Below the pieces are notes generated by a model, which was given only the letters and a program-made list of their open reading frames with translations, did no database searches and had not been told where the DNA came from. From NCBI RefSeq assembly GCF_009914755.1, contig NC_060934.1: DNA of 64,000 nt; one strand, 5' to 3'. The position numbers and the translations under genes were made by a program. Positions 43,859 to 58,605 of this stretch are shown piece after piece (the stretch's first letter is position 1; every line of letters starts with the position of its first letter). Source of the stretch: the human T2T-CHM13v2.0 reference genome, Homo sapiens.

Positions 43859-44928
43859 CCATGTCTCTTATTTCCCAAATGGTGCCACTGACATCATAAG
43901 ATGAGCCTGGATGGTAATGCAGGGCACTCTGGTCCATATTTCTCTGCTTTTTTGCACAATTTCAGTTGTCCAGTTGTTCCTACAGAAAGTGCTAACCTTC
44001 CTTTCTCTTTCCTGCATCCTCTGTACTCTGAGCTATAAATAATATACATGAGAAGCTCACTGTCATTTTGCCATTTGACACTTTTGCAGTCACTGACTAT
44101 TCACCTTTTTATCAATTGCATTCAGTTTTTACCAGTTAATAGTGGAAGGAGCTTGCTTGTGGTGCTTCATCTGAGGCCAGCCTTTGTAAGCGCCTGGAGG
44201 CTTCCTGGTGCTGGAGAAGGAACTTGTGCAGGGACAGGAACTGCTGATTTTGTGCGGTGCATGACACCTCTCATGGACTGCTTCAAATCACATAATAGCT
44301 GAATGCCTCAAAGAACGCTTGTTTTCCTTGACCTACCTTCTATTGCAGTGCTGACAATCTGGTTTTTGAGAATGATAGTGAGAATTTGCAAAAATTGTGA
44401 AGAATAGGTCCCAAGCAGAGAGTTTTTTTAAAAAAAACTATAATTTCTTCTCTTTGTGCAGATTTGTGTATCTGAGAGAATGAGGAACCATGGGTTGAAG
44501 TCCACTTAGGAGAAAATAACTTTGCTACCATAGGATTTTCATGAAAATATCTTTTCATCTTTAAAAATTTAGAGCTGAATCCATTGAGTCTTAGTCTTTG
44601 TGTCTCGGCCTTTAGGACTGGGAGGAACAGGACATCTGACATAGAGTTGGAACCACTAATGAGACTCCATGGAGTCAGTAGGGTCAGATCAAAGGTTCTT
44701 CCCAATGGGTCCAGGATTTGTGAGGAGGCTTTCTGCTTTGCCTCCCAGGCAGTCTGGGGAACAGAATGCTCCCTAGGATAAGTTATTCATCCAAGTAAAA
44801 GCTGCTTACTGCCTCCGGGAGAAACACAGGCAGTGGAGCTCACAGAAAACCCGGCATCTGAGGCATGGGGGAATTTTCTCCTTAATTAACTGGGCAGGGT
44901 TCTTGCACAGAAAAGTGAGACAGTGTTT

Positions 44929-45220
44929 ATGTATTCATTTTTGACTTTTATTTCAGGTTCAGGGGTACATGTGCAGGTTTGTTATTTAGGGAAACCGCGT
45001 GTAAAACAAATATCACACGTTCTCACTTATAAATAAGAGCTAAACCATGAGAACACATGGACACAAAGAGGGGAATGACAGACACTGGGGATTACTTGAG
45101 GGTGGAGGGTGGGAGGAGGGAGAGGATAAAAAACTACCTCTCAGGTACTATGCTTAGTACCTGGGTGACAAAACAATCTGTATGCCAAACCCCTGAGATG
45201 TGTAGTTTGCCCATATAGCA
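44929..45220 (-). mobile_element. Short old L1P 3' end with 5' inversion
   Basis: 44929-45002 reverse, 45003-45220 forward; TSD agac(a/t)gtgttt. Confidence 0.8.
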
Positions 45221-45231
45221 AGACTGTGTTT

Positions 45232-45684
45232 TTTGTTTTTTGTTTTCTATTATACTTTAAGTTCTAGGGTACATGTGCACAACGTGCAGGTTTGTTACGT
45301 ATGTATACATGTGTCATGTTGGTGTGCTGCACCCATTAACTTGTCATTTACATTAGGTATATCTCTTAATGCTATCCCTCCCCCCTCCCCCACCCCACGA
45401 CAGGCCCCAGTGTGTGATGTTCCCCTTCCTGTGTCCAAGTGTTCTCGTTGTTCAATTCCCACCTATGAGTGAGAACATGCAGTGTTTGGTTTTCTGTCCT
45501 TGAGATAGTTTGCTGAGAATGATGGTTTCCAGCTTCATCTGTGTCCCTACAAAGGACATGAACTCATCCTTTTTTATGGCTGCATAGTATTCCATGGTGT
45601 ATATGTGCCACATTTTCTTAACCCAGTCTATCATTGATGGACATTTGGGTTGGTTCCAAGTCTTTGCTATTGTGACTAGTGCCG
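45232..45684 (-). mobile_element. L1PA4/5-like 3' fragment
   Basis: ttatactttaagttctagggtacatgtgcacaacgtgcagg. Confidence 0.93.
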
Positions 45685-46269
45685 GTCTGTAAGTAACCGG
45701 GGACAATGCTGTGAGGAGAGACTCTACCCCCAACAAAAAGAAACATCATCAACATGTTTATAATAGTGTTGTTGCCACTCTTACTGACAAAGCACTAATG
45801 TTGATAAAAGTCTACTTACCAAAATTGCAAATTACACCAATCTTTACTTGGGATTTAGTTTTATTTCAATTTAAAAAGTTGCTTAGGTTACATGTGTTGC
45901 TAAAATAAAAAGATCCAAACAGTAGAGATGACAAATAAGCTGTGAAGAATAATTATCTCTCTCACCTCTGATTCTCAATTCTCCTCCCTAAAGGCAAATA
46001 GTGCTCCATGCACAGCGTTCCAAAGATATTTGATGCATTGTCAATGTTGCAACAATTGCTAAATGATTGCATGTAAATGGCATGCAGATACCTGGGCCAG
46101 GACTTGTGTCCTGCTCTTACCACCTCACTCCAAGGAGCCTCTGTCTTTACTTCTCTCATAAGACTGTTAGCATCAAATGATTCTTATAAATCTCAGGCCC
46201 TGGTCATAATTAGTGCTGAGTAAGTGATTGCTGTGTGAACAACAATTTATGAATTATCTACTAAGTCAG

Positions 46270-46455
46270 AGAGTTGCCCGATAAAATGCAGGACACCCAG
46301 TTAAAAGTTCAGATAAACAATGAATGATATTTTTAGAATTAGTATGTCCCAAGTATTGCATAGGATATACTTATACCAAAAAATTATTCACTGTTTATCT
46401 GAGACTAACTTACCTGGGCATTCTGCATCTGTATTTGCTAAATCTGGCAACCCTA
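46270..46455. mobile_element. MER53 palindromic hAT MITE
   Basis: gttgcccgataaaatgcaggacacccag...tttgctaaatctggcaaccct. Confidence 0.85.
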
Positions 46456-46627
46456 CCCTGAATGTCAAACTTCAAGCAAGTCCATGTGAAAGGCAGTATC
46501 CTAGAATGTTGAAATTTCAGTGCTAGAGGGGGACTGAGAGATGATCTGTGAGGGTCTAGCACTCTCAGTTTTCAGGCATTAAGGCCCCCTGTTAGCCTCT
46601 GAGTTCCTATCACCCCAGCCAGTTTCT

Positions 46628-46984
46628 TTTTCTTTTCTTTTTTTTTTATTATACTTTAAGTTTTAGGGTACATGTGCACAATGTGCAGGTTTGTTGCATA
46701 TGTATACATGTGCCATGCTGGTGTGCTGCACCCATTAACTCGTCATTTAACATTGGGTATATCTCCTACTGCTATCCCTCCCCGCTCCCCCCACCCCACA
46801 ACAGGCCCCGGTGTGTGATGTTCCCCTTCCTGTGTCCATGTGTTCTCATTGTTCAATTCCCACCTATGAGTGAGAACATGCGGTGTTTGGTTTTTTGTCC
46901 TTGCGATAGCTTGCTGAGAATGATGGTTTCCAGCTTCATCCATGTCCCTACAAAGGACATGAACTCATCATTTTTTATGGCTGC
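46628..46984 (-). mobile_element. Young 5'-truncated L1PA (PA3/PA4-like)
   Basis: L1 3'UTR; perfect 17-bp TSD caccccagccagtttct (46611-46627, 46985-47001). Confidence 0.96.
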
Positions 46985-49324
46985 CACCCCAGCCAGTTTC
47001 TGGACCGCAAAAGCAGCGAGAAGGTAGATGATTCTGTTCCAGGCTCTAACCTCAGGCTCAGCCTATTGTTGCACCCATTCACTGTCTCCTTCTCCCTGTC
47101 CCTCCTTGCCCCTCATCCTTTCTTGAAAGTCTGGAACCACAGATCTTCAGTGATGGTTGTGGGATTACTACAGTGAGGGGAGGGGAGGGAATGCTTGAGG
47201 AAGACTATTTACCATGCCCTGGGGCAAACGGATGGGTCTTAAAATGAGTGGGTGTGCAGTTGGGAGGGTCGGACACAGTGACAAAGATCTGGACATACAG
47301 GGACATTTTTGGCCAGTCTCTCAGGGTTTATGAAACTCAGGACCAGTTTTAGACTGTTAATGTGTGAGGTCCTCTCCTTCTCTTTCTCTAAACAAAGCAA
47401 ACAAACAAAAAGAAACATGCCATGCTGTTGGTGAATGTTGGGTGTTGAAAGAGGGAGGAAGAACTGTTTGATGCTTGGTAGCTGATGACTCAGTTCAGCT
47501 GTCTCTTAAAAGCATGTTGTGATTACGTTTTTCATGAATAATACGGACAGTAAGTAAACATGTTTCAATGGAAAAATGTAAACACCCCTTCCCCATTCCC
47601 AATAAAATACCACTCTATAATTTAGATGGCAAAAAATGTTTTTGGTCTGATTTTAATGAGCAGAACTTTTCTTTTCTTGTGCTGTCTGGCTTTCTCTGTC
47701 TTGGTCTCTGTCTCCTTCCTCTCTGTAAACCATTCCTTCCATCTCCCCCACTGCCATCCCAAGCCATTTCTAGAGCACTTCTGAGATTCCTGTCAGTTCC
47801 AGTTTTCACGAAGCCCACGAGAAATTCCTTTTATTGCATGGGATATAGGATATTCTTGTGGAGTGGCAGCCCAGGAAGGCAGGCAGTAGGGAAAGAAAAT
47901 GTTTGGAGACTTGCCTTTCCTGTTTGCTGCCACCATAGAGAGGATGCCAGTGGCCACCCAGTGGAAACCCTCCAGAGCTGAATGCTTTCTAAGCGAATGG
48001 CTGTCCTGACATTCTGGGGGAGTGCATTGACGAGGCAAAATGAGAAGAGAGGAGTGATTTGGGAGATGAAATAGAAAGCAACAGTAAAAGACATTTTATG
48101 ACACTCACAAGTCTGGGAATGGTTGGCAAAATTATTTTGATCTTGTATATTTTTTTGTACAAGAATATATATTCTTGTCTATTTGGAGAGCTTATTTTTT
48201 GAGATACTTTGTTTTCTTTGCATCCTTCTGAACGCAATTGTCAACTTCTTGGGGAAATTGTTTCAATATGGCAATTACTAAAATACTAAGATTAGTTTGG
48301 TCTCTTAAAAAGGTTTTGCATTTTGGGGTGTGTGTTTATTTCATACTTTTCATCATATTTGCTTTAGGGTGAATACTAAACAGGTCCTTTCAGGAATGGT
48401 ACATGCAAAGATGACGTGCACGGTGAAATGTAACCCATCTTTGTGAATTCTGGAAGGAAAATCTGACTGATCAGCATGGGGCTGACATGTTATAAAACTT
48501 CCCAAGGCCTTTAGGCAAAGAAGGCATTAGAATCACAGGCCTGGAATATTACCATCAGTAAGTTTGGAATTTAATGAAGTAAAACATAGGCTTCACTTAA
48601 TGGTGCCAATTAATTAATCTTTGGTATGCTCAGTGAATTTAATTATTGCAAAGTCATGATTTTCTTTTGTAAAAACCAGGACAATGGTTTACCATCTTGC
48701 CCTCTAATTTATCTAAAAGTAAAATAAAGTGGAAAACATTTTTTACATATTAGTCATTAATGAAGTAGAGGATGAACTTGCATATAATAATAAAGCCACT
48801 CATTTAAGAGTTGGTTTGACAAACTAGGATGACTATGTGACTGCAAAGTGTCAGTTAAAGAATTGGTGCATTTATGATGTATTTTATGTGAAAAGAAATG
48901 AGACATCAATTCCTTATAAATGAAGGTAAGTTATAATAAATAAGAAAGATGTACAGAGATTACATGTTTGGCATATGTTTGGTAGCTTAGATATAGAGAT
49001 GTTTCTAATGTTTTTACTTTGAGATTAATAAAAGTTTCTAATTTATGTTCCAAGATAATTTAGATCTAGCACACACAATTTTCTTTGGCTTGTTAGAAAA
49101 GTTTGCTTTTTAAAACGATTCTTTACATATGTAAAATAAAGAAGCTAACCTAAGTTAATGAGAAAAAAACTAATAACACAAGATGAAAACCTTGAAAGTG
49201 TATTTTCTCTGTTTTGACTGACTGGTCTCGTCGTGGTCTTTATTTCCATAAATATGCTGAAATTCTCTGTTTAACATGTCTATATTTCCACCAGTTTTTT
49301 AGCGTCTATATTATTATTATTGTT

Positions 49325-49965
49325 ATTTATTTTATTTTTAATTTTTGTGGGTACGTAGTAGGTATATATATTTATGGGGTACATGAGATATTTTGATACA
49401 GGCCTGTAATACATAATATTTCCATGTGATGGAAAATTAATAGAAAATGGGGCATCCATCCTCTCAAGCACTTATCCCTTACTTTACAAACAATCCAATT
49501 ATACCCTTTTGGTTATTTTTAAATGTACAGTTACATTATTATTGGCAATTGTCCCCCTGTTGTGCTGTAACATACTAAGTCTCATTCATTCTTTCTATTT
49601 TTGTACCTATTAACCATCACTATTCCTCCCAGCCTCACATTACACTTCCCAACCTCTGGTAACCATCCTTCTATTCTCTATCTCCATGAGTTCAATTGTT
49701 TTGACTTTTAGATCCCAGAATTGAGAACATGTGATGTTTGTCTCTCTGTGCCTGGCTTATTTCACTTAACATAAATGACCTCCAGTCCATCCATGGTGTT
49801 CCAAATGACATAATCTCTTTTTTTATGGCTGAATGGTACTCCATTGTGTATAGGTACCACATTTTCTTTATCCATTCATCTGTTGATAGATCCTTTGGTT
49901 ACTTCCAAATCTTGGCTACTGTGAGTCATGCTGCAACAAACACAAGAGTGCAGGTATCTTTTCGA
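49325..49965 (-). mobile_element. L1MA 3' fragment
   Basis: gtaggtatatatatttatggggtacatgagatattttgataca. Confidence 0.9.
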
Positions 49966-52900
49966 TATATCATAGTTATTTTAAAGTTCATGTCTGATAA
50001 TTTCAAATGCTGGGCCATCTTTGTGTCTGCTTCTGTTGACTATTTTTTGTCCATGGATCATATTTTTTCTTTTGCTTCTTTGTGTGCCTTATAATTTTTG
50101 ATGTATGCTGGATATTTTGTATAAAAGAACAATAGAGACTGAAGTAAAGAAAATTTACTTCCAGAAATGGGCATGTTCTTTCTTATTTCAGGCTGATAGA
50201 GTGAGGCGGTGAATCAGTCCTATCTGTAGTTTAGCTAGGACTGGCCATTGTTGCAGCTTTGATTCAGTTCACCATTTGCTTCTAATATTTTGGGAGCAGG
50301 CACAGGGCATTCTTTTCTGTAGGGCATTCAGATTCTGTAGAATCTGACCACGGTCGAGATCAGAAGAGCTCTTTGTTTATTATAGCTGAATTGCCAGTTT
50401 TCCTAATGGATCTCTCTGGTTTTTTACAATCCACTTCCAGATTTTTGGTTGCCCAGATACCTCACTTTCCCCCACAATCCTGCCCTAGACATTTTGTACC
50501 TAGGGAGATTTCTCTCTACTTTCCTGGGTGCTATAGGGAGATTTTTCTGAGCTCTCTGTGGCTGAGAGTGTTTAGCGCCTTGGATTGCTATCCTGCTCTT
50601 CCCCTACCTCCCGGAGACTTGTAGGGGTTCCTCCCTGTGTGCCTCAGGGAAAATCTCTCCAGTTCTGCCTCCAGCTTTTAATGTACTGCCCAAAGCACTC
50701 AGTGAAGACCTGTGCACAGACTGGGCAGGCAGGTGCAAGACCTGCTCTGGGGCTGGGACTCCTGGAATTCTAATCTGTCATTCCAGTTCACTGTAATCTT
50801 TAAATGTTTATTCAAGTTTTGACTGGTTCCTCTTTAACCCCACATTTGGAGCATTAATCCTGTTGTTGCTCAGCCAGAGAGGAGAGCAGCTGCAAGTCTC
50901 TTCTCTTCTATGAATGGCTATTCATTTCCTAGAGTGAAGGTTTAGTTCATACGCATGTATAGCTTATTCACATTGTTTGGTTGTTAGATAAACGGTAATG
51001 GTCTCTTGCAACTCTCTACTTAGTAACTAGAAGCAGAACTCTTCTTCATTATCTTTAAATACATAAAATAAATCCCCACCTTGACTTAAAATGTTTTGTC
51101 ATCCATGTTTTATGCTTCCTTTTCTCGGCCTATTGAAATAGAAATGGTATTTTACAGCCAGATTAAGTTTCATCTCCTCCGTGAAGCCTGCCTAATCACT
51201 CAGTGTTGCTCTCACTTCTGAATTCTTTTAGTACTTAATATCTCTATAACTCCCTTGGTATTGATAACATAGCTGTGCATTTTTGGGTATTTTTGCCTGG
51301 ATACATCCTGTCTCCCATCCAGCAAGTCCAAGTTTTGAAAAGTTGGGCATATTTACATCAACAGAATTTGTTGACTTATATATTCATTCATTTGGCCCCA
51401 AATGCAGAGGCACAGACCACAACTAAGAAGAAGCCAAGAAGAGCAGCTGAAGTTTAAGAGGACCAAAAAAGTTAGAAACTTTTCCTTTAAAAAAGGAAAA
51501 TGAAAAATACCTATTTTATCATCAGTTGTTCCTGAGACCATAGCAAAAAGCAGAAAGGATTTATTAGTCAATCCTCAGTCACCTGGAGAGCGCAGAAAGC
51601 AATAAAGCAAGCAGCATGGTTCTGTGGAAAGCAAGCCCAGCCAAGTCTATTTCATTTTCTTGCTAAACAGTGGCTAGTCACAGAGGCACGGGATGAGATG
51701 GGCGTGATCTACCTGGAGTTGACAATGCTGTTTCCCTTTAATTCTTCGTGAGTCTAAATCAAGTGGTTCTGGCAGAGACCGAGAAGGAAAAGTCCCCACA
51801 CTCTCAAGAAAATACTGCCAATTTTATAGCCATGGTAAGCAGTAAAAACCAGAAACGGCTGTAAATCAGTCAACAACAACTTGCTTCATTGAGCATATCT
51901 CCAAAAGCCAACCAATCAGTGCCAACCTTACGCTTTGAAAGTCAGTTAATTGGTGATGTACTTACTCCAGTGAGCACACTTCTAAGCTGATGCCAATCTG
52001 CTCCAGTGTCTGCAACCAGCACAAAAGGCACTTCTGAGGCTGACATTTTCCCACTCTTGCCCCTTCTCCCAAACTCTGTAGCAAATCTGCTCAAAGGGGT
52101 TTGTCTCAATGATCTCTTTGCTCACTTAAGTCTCGTATGACCAGCATGGCTCTCCCTTACTTAAGTAGGTAATAAATTCAATCTTTTAGTTTCAGCTTCT
52201 GAGTGATGGTCTCATTCATTGAGAATGATTTTGGTGGAATTCACAGATTAAAAATCATTTGAAGACCCTTGCTTGGTAGTATTCTATGGGTTCTTTGGGC
52301 TAACAGACATGTTTATTAGACCACCTGTGCCCCCATTTTATTTGTCCTTCTTTTGTGTTGCCGCCAGGTATGTCTGTCTCAACAAAGATTTGAGCTTTAA
52401 CTTATTTCATGAGCTCTTATTGATGAGTTTATTTTGTTACCTTTTGTAACCAATCAATCTCTGACTTATTTTAGTAAACTTTGGTTGTTGAATTTATTTT
52501 GATATTCTGATTTGTGTCTTAGGATATATTTAAGGTCATTAGACCTATAATAACATATAAAGTAATTAAACCTTTTAGTTTATGGACACATAATTTGTTT
52601 TAAAAAGTGAGACTTAAGTATATATATAAAATCATTAGAGGCTTTGGTTTGTAGTTGCACTATTTGGTAAATTTTTTTGCCATTTACCTGCCTATCCTTC
52701 TTGTCTGTTGAACACATAAGGAGGTGCTCCTGAGAGAATAAGGTAGGTGCAGGCTGAATAAGCCTATCATCCATTCCAAAACAACTTCGAAGACTAGTGG
52801 TTGGAGGTCTGTTAGACTGTTGGCCAATTAATGTAAAGGTGATGGATCAAACTCTGTATTGGATCCCCTTTGAAATCTCCATAAAGACACTCTGTCAAGA

Positions 52901-53344
52901 CTGTTGGAGATTGTTTTTGTTGAGTTCATCTTCTGGAGTCAACAGTTACCTGCATGATCCCTTCTTAGGTCTTTTCTCATTTGTCTATGTCAAAATTTCA
53001 CTCTCCTCAAGAATAACTGTTTTCTATATGAAGTTGCACTGTAACCTTAACTTGGTAAATGATAAACATATTTTTGATTTAGAATAACAATGCCCATTGT
53101 GGGAAACTTCTGATATGTCAAAATGAATACATTTAAGAAGAACTCCAGGAAAATTAGGAAATAATAACATTCAAAACTTCAGTGGTTAACTTCTTTAAAA
53201 TTGATAAGCCAAGGGGCCAGCAAAACAAAATGCTGACTTCAAGGTTATTTTCTTTCCAAAAAGTTCTAATTCACTAGTGTTCACACTATCCGAACTCACC
53301 TGCTTTGTACCTCCTTCTCTCTGAATTGTCTTCCCCATCCACTT

Positions 53345-53520
53345 TATTTTTTATTTTATGTTTATGTAAATTATATATATACACACACACACACACACAC
53401 ATATATTTATTTCAATAGCTTTTGGGGTACAAGTGAGTTTTGGTTACATGGATGGACTGTGTAGTGGTGATGTCAGATTTTAGTGCACCCCTCACCCAAG
53501 TGGTGTACATTGTACCCATC
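53345..53520 (-). mobile_element. L1PB 3' end with (TA)n(CA)n tail
   Basis: tttcaatagcttttggggtacaagtg...gtgcacccctcaccca. Confidence 0.85.
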
Positions 53521-53707
53521 CACTTTACATTCCTTCTCTTTCTTCTGTTCCTTCCCTTGACCTCCAAAATGGATAATTCTTTCTTCAGAGTTTTCTCAGG
53601 AAAAGAACTATCACTTTATAAAATTGCTTGACCAAAAGACTGATATATGAAAATTGAATTTAAATCATTGTCTATAGCAGAGTTAAGCAGAGTGCAGCTA
53701 TAATTAA

Positions 53708-53848
<141 letters not shown>

Positions 53849-54087
53849 TAAAGCTTTTTAAGCCTCAGAGAAACAGACAGAAATTTACTATAGAGTTCGA
53901 CATTGTATTAGATACTTGTTGTTCTGGATGTTCAAATTTGTACCAACTAGTTTATTGGATTGGCAACCCCCTCAGATGGGGAACGTGGTTAAAAACCATG
54001 GGAAAGATGAAGAGAGAATGTAAATAACCCAGCTCTGTATAATTTAATGATCTCCTTGAGAGGATAAGCAAAACATGCAGTGCATTA

Positions 54088-55255
54088 AAAATTAACTCAA
54101 GATGGATTAAAGACTTAAATGTAAAACCTAAAATCATAAAAACCCTAGAAGAAAGCCTAGGCAATACCATTCGGGACATAGGCATGGGCAAAGACTTCAT
54201 GACTAAAACACCAAAAGCAATGTCAACAAAAGTCAAAACTGACAAGTGGGATCTAATTAAACTAAAGAGCTCCTGCACAGCAAAAGAAACTATCATCAGA
54301 CTGAACAGGCAACCTACAGAATGGGAGAAAATTTTTGCAATCTACCTATCTGACAAAGGTCTAATATCCAGAATTTACAAGGAACTTAAACATATTTACA
54401 AGTAAAAAACAAACAACCCCATCAAAAAGTGGGCAAAGGATATAAACAGACACTTTTCAAAGAAGACATTTACATAGCCAACAAACATATGAAAAAAAGC
54501 TCAACATCACTGATCATCAGAGAAATACAAATCAAAACCACATTGATATACCATCTCATGCCAGTCAGAATGGCGATTATTCAAAATTCAGGAAACATTA
54601 GATGCTGGTGAGGCTGTGGAGAAACAGGAACGCTTTTACACTGTTGGTGGGAATGGAAATTAGTTCCACCATTGTGGAAGAGAATATGGCGATTCCTCAA
54701 GGATCTAAAACCAGAAATACCATTTGACTCAGCAGTCCCATTACTGGGCATATGCCCGAAGGAATATAAATCATTCTGCTATAAAGATACATACACGTGT
54801 ATATTTATTGCAGCACTAGTTACCATAGCAAAGAAATGGACCAACCCAAATGCCCATCAATGATAGACTGGATAAAGAAAATGTGGTACATATACACAAT
54901 GGAATACTATGCAGCCATAAAAAGGAATGAGATCATGTCCTTTGCAGGGATATGGATGAAGCTGGAAGCCATCATCCTCAGCAAACTAACACAGGAACAG
55001 AAAACCAAACACTGCATGTTTTCACTCATAAGTGAGGGCTGAACATTGAGAACACATGGACACAGATAGGGAGCAACAGACACTGGGGCCTTTTTGGGGT
55101 TGGGGGGTAAGGAGAGGAAACCTAGGGGACGGGTCAGTAGGAGTAGCAAACTACCATGGCACACATATACCTATATGACAAACCTGCACGTTCAGCCCAC
55201 GTATCCTGTTTTTTTTTTTTTTTTTGAAGATATAAAGGAAGAAAACAAACACAGA
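54088..55255 (+). mobile_element. 5'-truncated L1PA (about PA8-PA11)
   Basis: ORF2 C-terminal remnants ([12 protein letters not shown]..., MEYYAAIKRNE); TSD aaaaca(t/g)gcagtg(c/t)atta. Confidence 0.93.
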
Positions 55256-55729
55256 AAAACAGGCAGTGTATTACTTTAGGCCATTGCAGAAATCTTTCCC
55301 ATAGAGGATATGGGAGAAAGATTTAAAATGGTAAAGAAAATAAAGAATCAAGAGGAGACTTCAAACACAGACTCCAGGAAGCTTTCAGGCAGTATTCAAG
55401 CTAGATCTAGGAGCCCAAATAAAGAGAACCTTGTCCTCTCTTTTTGTAAATGTAAGGTTTAGACTTGATATAGAGGATTTGGTCATAAGTAAATAAATTG
55501 GATTGGAAAATTGCCAATCTAAAAGATCTCCTGCACATGGCAGGCTATCTTAGAAAATAAATAAGCTAGAAATGAAAATAAACTTCTGGATCTCTAGATA
55601 TAAAAACTGACCCTTGAAATAAAAAAGGACAAAAACAAGAACCAAAAGTCTATGAATAAAGATACTTGTAGATATTTGCAAGCATCGGGGCCATGAGAGA
55701 ACCAAGGTTCCATAACAGCAAAGTGTGCA

Positions 55730-55930
55730 ATAACATTGTGTCTAAAAAACAATGTGCATACACTAATCAAAACATACTTTATTGCTTAAAAATGCAGACT
55801 CAGAGACACGAAGTGAGCATGTACTCTTGGAAAAATGGTGTGGATAAAGTTCCTCAACACAGTATTGCCACAAACCTTCAATGTGTAAAAACCACCATTG
55901 AGTGAAGTGTAATAAGACAAGGCATGCCTG
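55730..55930 (-). mobile_element. Internally deleted Tigger1 derivative
   Basis: Tigger1 3'-subterminal sequence joined to 5' end ...aggcatgcctg. Confidence 0.75.
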
Positions 55931-56519
55931 GATACATCCAGTACCTGGGGAGCGGCTGGGGTATGAGTGCAAATAATGTGTATCACTCTCAGGCCTGGCC
56001 TATAAAATCTCATACTCGGGAACCTTCATGCTCACTCTCCTTTCTTGGTTTGATGAAGGTGAACACAGTGACCTTAGAAGACAAAAACCCAACATATGGT
56101 AGACCCATAAGATGAAAGAAGCCAAGTCTTGTGCCAGTTTTGCTTCTTTGGGAAGCATATGCCAAGAAGGAGTTAGAAGTTCAGGGGATTTATGGGGGAA
56201 ATGCCTCTGAAAGATCTAAGGGAAGGGGAGGATGAACAGGCATGGAGAGCCTTCAGGTGGGGCTGCAGGTCTGACACCTGTGAAAGAGAGGGTTCTGGAA
56301 GGAGATTGGGCAAGAAGTCTTATCTTCTAGTTTAGCACCCCATTTGGCAAGGAAGACGCAAACCCAAGAGGGATGTGGGGCACAGATAATCCTGGGCATA
56401 ATGTGGCAGCCGAATTTCTGAAGATACCATCAGTGGTAACCCGGGAAAATGTCCTAGTGGAATGAACCAGTCCTCAAACCTCATATAATGGTTCTTTCTT
56501 GAGCCAATCCTAATACCCC

Positions 56520-56970
56520 TGTGTCAGTTCAGGTCTTCCAGGAGGCAGATGCCATGACAGAGTTAGAAGTGCAGGAGATTTATTGAGGGAAGTTCTTGGG
56601 AAGGGGAAAGTGTAGAGTGGGTAGGGGGACGCAAGGGGAACCTTCAGACAATGGTTCTTGGTTTCCTGAGGAGGGGAAGAGGGAAGGAAGGTGGGTTTGG
56701 TAGGAAGAGTCTCTGACTACAGTGCAGCTCTGAGAAAAATCTCAATGAGGGAAGCCCTTGGGCAAAGAACATGTCCCGGGCACAAGAGTCTGGTTCCAGA
56801 AGCTCTGCTGGGCTCAGTGATGGGCTGGGAGCCTCTTGGGGTAGTGTGGACTTGGTGTGAAAGCTGTGGTAGATTCCAGATGTGCAGCAAATAAAGGCTG
56901 TTAGCCCAGCACACTCCTCATGGCAGGTTTCCTCTTGTGGGGGATCTGAGTGGTGGCACCTCTGTGGCAC
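56520..56970 (-). mobile_element. LTR16-like ERVL LTR
   Basis: tgtgtcagttcaggtcttccaggaggcagatgcc...tttattgaggg. Confidence 0.6.
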
Positions 56971-57124
56971 CCCCAGTTTCTGAATTATAAGTTGGAGGAT
57001 AGTTACCTACTGACCAGCAACACCCATTTTTAACTTAGGTAAGTAAGAGAGAGACTATTTCAAGGGACTGAGATTTGCTATATAGCAGTTAGTGCTGTCT
57101 AATCAATAGGAGATATTGCATTAG

Positions 57125-58000
<876 letters not shown>

Positions 58001-58114
58001 AGTATATAAATGTTATTCTGGTGAAACAGGTTCCTACTAAACCAATGTTCAGGAAAGTTAAGACAGAATCTGAGAACTGGATGAAGCCTCAGGAGCCATC
58101 TAAAGAGCCATCAG

Positions 58115-58605
58115 CTCCAGTGGTTCTCTTCTTGACCACACATTAGAATAACTCATGGAATTAAAACCGGTACTTGGGATCCACTCCAGACTATTAAACC
58201 AAAATCTCTGGAGAAGAGGCATGGTCATCAGTATTTCCAAAAACTTCTTAGGTGACTGAAATCAGGAGCCAGAAATTAGAACCATCAGGATCAAGCTAAC
58301 TCTCAAGCTTTAGTAAAGAGTATATTTATCTGGGGAGTGGTTCATTTAAAACGTGGATTTCCAAGCCGGGTGCAGCGACTCACGCCTGTAGTCCCAGCTA
58401 CTTGGGAGGCGGAGGTGGGAGGATCATTTGGGTCCATGAGTTCATGTCTAGCCTGGGCAACATAGTGAGACCTCACCTCTAAAAACTCAAGCAAGTCCCC
58501 AGAGATTCAGATTCAATAGTTCTGGGAGGAGCCAGGGAGTCTTCACATTCAGCCTTCTCTCCAGTGATTCTGGTCAAGATGGCCTGTGAACTGCACTGAA
58601 TGGTT
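58115..58605. mobile_element. MER5A-like fragments with nested FLAM (~58364-58480)
   Basis: cagtggttctc...attagaataactc; cccagagattcagattcaatag. Confidence 0.6.

Noticed and set aside
46407-46420. acttacctgg resembling the U1 snRNA 5' end
   Set aside because: Only ~10 nt, inside MER53, with no further U1 similarity.
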